This document shows positions 62,234 to 64,000 of a stretch of DNA of 64,000 nucleotides, in pieces. The position numbers were made by a program, and so were the translations under genes. Within the stretch, counting starts at the first letter, position 1. Each line of letters begins with the position of its first letter. Location of the stretch: assembly GCA_963702895.1 (NCBI GenBank), contig OY969767.1, positions 1,100,866 to 1,164,865 of the forward strand. Reading direction: 5' to 3'. The DNA is from an uncultured Elusimicrobia bacterium (GTDB taxonomy: Bacteria > Elusimicrobiota > Elusimicrobia > 2-01-FULL-59-12). Below the pieces are notes generated by a model. That model saw only the letters and a program-made list of their open reading frames with translations. It was not told where the DNA came from and made no database searches.

Positions 62234-62323
62234 GCCGGCGAGTCGGCGAGTCGGCGAGTCGGCGCAAGAACGATCCAAGCGGTCTCCCACATTCCGCCGG
62301 TTCGCCGGTTCGCCAGTTCACCG
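62234..62323. repeat. 8-nt-period hairpin element (GTCGGCGA / TCGCCGGT class) in the leader between pheT and the kinase-deaminase gene
   Basis: gccggcga gtcggcga gtcggcga gtcggcg, a 29-nt loop, then ccgccggt tcgccggt tcgccagt tcaccg. Confidence 0.85.
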
Positions 62324-62344
62324 TTTCCCTTTGTCTTCGGAACG

Positions 62345-64000
62345 TCATTGCCGGAGCTTCGCCTCACATTTCTTTTCGAGATCGTCAATCATGCGCTGCA
62401 CCATCTTATCAACATCCGCGTCGCTTAAAGTCTTTTCCTTGTTGCGGAAGAGCATGGACACGGTGAGTGATTTCTTGCCAGTCCCAATCTTTTCTCCGCT
62501 AAAGAGATCAATGAGCGCCAAGGACTCCAAGTCCTGGCCTCCGGCCACACGGAGCGTCTTGGCGATCCTCTCATAGGGGCAAGCCTCAGGAACGACCATC
62601 GAAAGATCGCGTTTGACCGGCGGAAAGGGGCTCAGCGCCTTGTATTCGATCTGCTCGGGCTCCGCTTCAAGAAGGGCCTGGACGTCCAGTTCCCCCATCA
62701 CGACACGTTCATCGGTCCCGAGCGCGACGGCGAGCTCTGGATGCAGCTCGCCGAACCACCCCAGGGCGCGTGAACCTCGAAGGATTGTCGTCGAGCGCTT
62801 GGGATGGAAAAGCGGCGATCGAAGGCTGGTCCATTGGACGTTCGAAATGTGAAGCGTCGACAGCAACGACTCGATCGTCCCGGAAAGGTCAAAGAAATCG
62901 GCTGTTTTCTTCTTCCGGCGCCAATGGGCGGATTGAATCTCCCCCGCGATCACAAAAGCCAGTCTTCGCTGTTCCTGGCGTCCTTCCTGGTCATGATAAA
63001 ACACACGGCCCAGCTCGAAAAACTGTGCACCGGCGTTTTGCCGCCGGAAGTTGAGGAGAACGCTTTCCAGAAGCGCAGGCAAGAGGCTTGTCCGCAGCAC
63101 CGCTTGCTCTTGGGAGAGAGGATTGGCGATGGCGATCGCTTTCGAATCGGCTTTGGTGCCGAGAGGTGGCGTAAAAGGTTGGGCTTGTTTGAGGCTTAAA
63201 AAGCTTGTATTGCAGGCTTCCAAATAGCCTAGCCCGGCGAGCCGTGTCGCCAGTTTCCGTTCAAAACTCCAGAACTTGTCGTCGGGGATAGAGGTTTGCC
63301 GGATGAGAGGGCTTTCTGTCGGGATATGCTCATAACCATAGAGGCGCGCGATTTCCTCAAGGAGATCCGCCTCCAGCGTGAGGTCAAAACGCCAGGATGG
63401 AACACTCACATGGAGCTGGGCCGTTCCGATACTGATCACACATCCGAGCTTCCGGAGGAGGTCCGCGGCGACCGACTCGCGGATGTCGAGGCCAAGAAAC
63501 GTCTTGATGCGCGCGGTCCTGAGTTTGATGGAAAGGGGCACCGGAGGCGAAGCGGAAACATCCAGGGGTCTTGTGCCCAGGCCGCCCGCCAAGTCTTGGA
63601 TGAGTTGCGCCGCGCGGCGCGAAGCGAACATCACCATTTCATAATCGCTCCCACGCTCAAACCGGTAGGAACTCTCCGTTTTGATGCCCAGCGTTTTGGA
63701 CGTGCGCCGTACGAGGGCTGGCACAAAAGCGGCGCTTTCAAGAACGATCTCGGTCGTCTCCGCGGAGACGGACGAAATCTCGCCACCGATGATCCCCGCC
63801 AGTGCCGCTGGTTTCTTCTCATCTGCGATGACGAGCATGCTCTCTTCGAGCGGTGTGTTTTTGCCTTCGAGGGTGAGGAGTGTCTCGCCGGCGGCGGCTT
63901 TGCGGACGCGGATTTGCCGTCCTTCCAGGCGCAGCGCATCGAAGACATGCAGGGGTTGGCCCAGCTCATGCATGACATAGTTGGAGATGTCGACGAGATT
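62345..64000 (-). CDS. pheT: Phenylalanine-tRNA ligase beta subunit, 5' part outside the window
   Basis: NLVDISNYVMHELGQPLHVFD (B3/4 domain), B5 domain, and a C-terminal FDX-ACB-like SLTVSMLFRNKEKTLSDADV. The frame is open to base 64000. Confidence 0.9.
   Translation of the reverse strand, partial: NLVDISNYVMHELGQPLHVFDALRLEGRQIRVRKAAAGETLLTLEGKNTPLEESMLVIADEKKPAALAGIIGGEISSVSAETTEIVLESAAFVPALVRRTSKTLGIKTESSYRFERGSDYEMVMFASRRAAQLIQDLAGGLGTRPLDVSASPPVPLSIKLRTARIKTFLGLDIRESVAADLLRKLGCVISIGTAQLHVSVPSWRFDLTLEADLLEEIARLYGYEHIPTESPLIRQTSIPDDKFWSFERKLATRLAGLGYLEACNTSFLSLKQAQPFTPPLGTKADSKAIAIANPLSQEQAVLRTSLLPALLESVLLNFRRQNAGAQFFELGRVFYHDQEGRQEQRRLAFVIAGEIQSAHWRRKKKTADFFDLSGTIESLLSTLHISNVQWTSLRSPLFHPKRSTTILRGSRALGWFGELHPELAVALGTDERVVMGELDVQALLEAEPEQIEYKALSPFPPVKRDLSMVVPEACPYERIAKTLRVAGGQDLESLALIDLFSGEKIGTGKKSLTVSMLFRNKEKTLSDADVDKMVQRMIDDLEKKCEAKLRQ

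Overview
64-kb chromosomal window from a moderately GC-rich bacterium with a Gram-negative-type envelope (MurJ, LptE, leuS-lptE-holA synteny). I cannot assign a taxon from sequence alone. Most of the window is tightly packed minus-strand housekeeping genes: uvrC, two M16 peptidases, ogt, nadE, addA, addB, murJ, leuS-lptE-holA, ispA-dxs-tlyA, ymdB-like, MTHFS, rarA, zapA/zapB-like and pheT. Accessory pieces interrupt these runs. Six things stand out. (1) Frame 1 is open from base 1 to 6306 and encodes a >2,090-aa chimera: histidine phosphatase, HExxH segment, GHKL/anti-sigma-kinase-like ATPase, three tandem sigma-70 region-4-like HTH modules, TM segments and an aldo/keto reductase. (2) A family of hairpin elements is built from 8-nt tandem units in inverted orientation. 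The units carry no stop codons, and the elements sit in frame inside conserved genes (addA x3, addB, a YdjM-PLD fusion, the giant ORF) as well as in leaders. (3) Three arrays of contiguous ~20-nt AAGATTAGGTAAGTT-type direct repeats abut the 3' ends of minus-strand genes. Two ~0.5-kb direct duplications (gene 3' end plus array) bracket a Fic toxin cassette. (4) A ~6.4-kb accessory islet lies between pheT and zapB. It holds a P-loop kinase-dCMP deaminase fusion with AvcD-like architecture, a SEC-C protein, a membrane YdjM-PLD nuclease fusion, small Cys-rich and unknown proteins, Csp, a Y-family polymerase and HigBA. (5) An NRAMP homolog has DAGG/TPW in place of DPGN/MPH and is translationally coupled to a pore-less MgtE N+CBS protein. 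(6) An IS110-family element is embedded among REP-like palindromes. Several other palindrome families occur, including one in frame inside leuS. No rRNA, tRNA or CRISPR array was found. Many long ORFs in the track are antisense shadows or stop-free 5' extensions. All motif calls were made by eye, without database searches.
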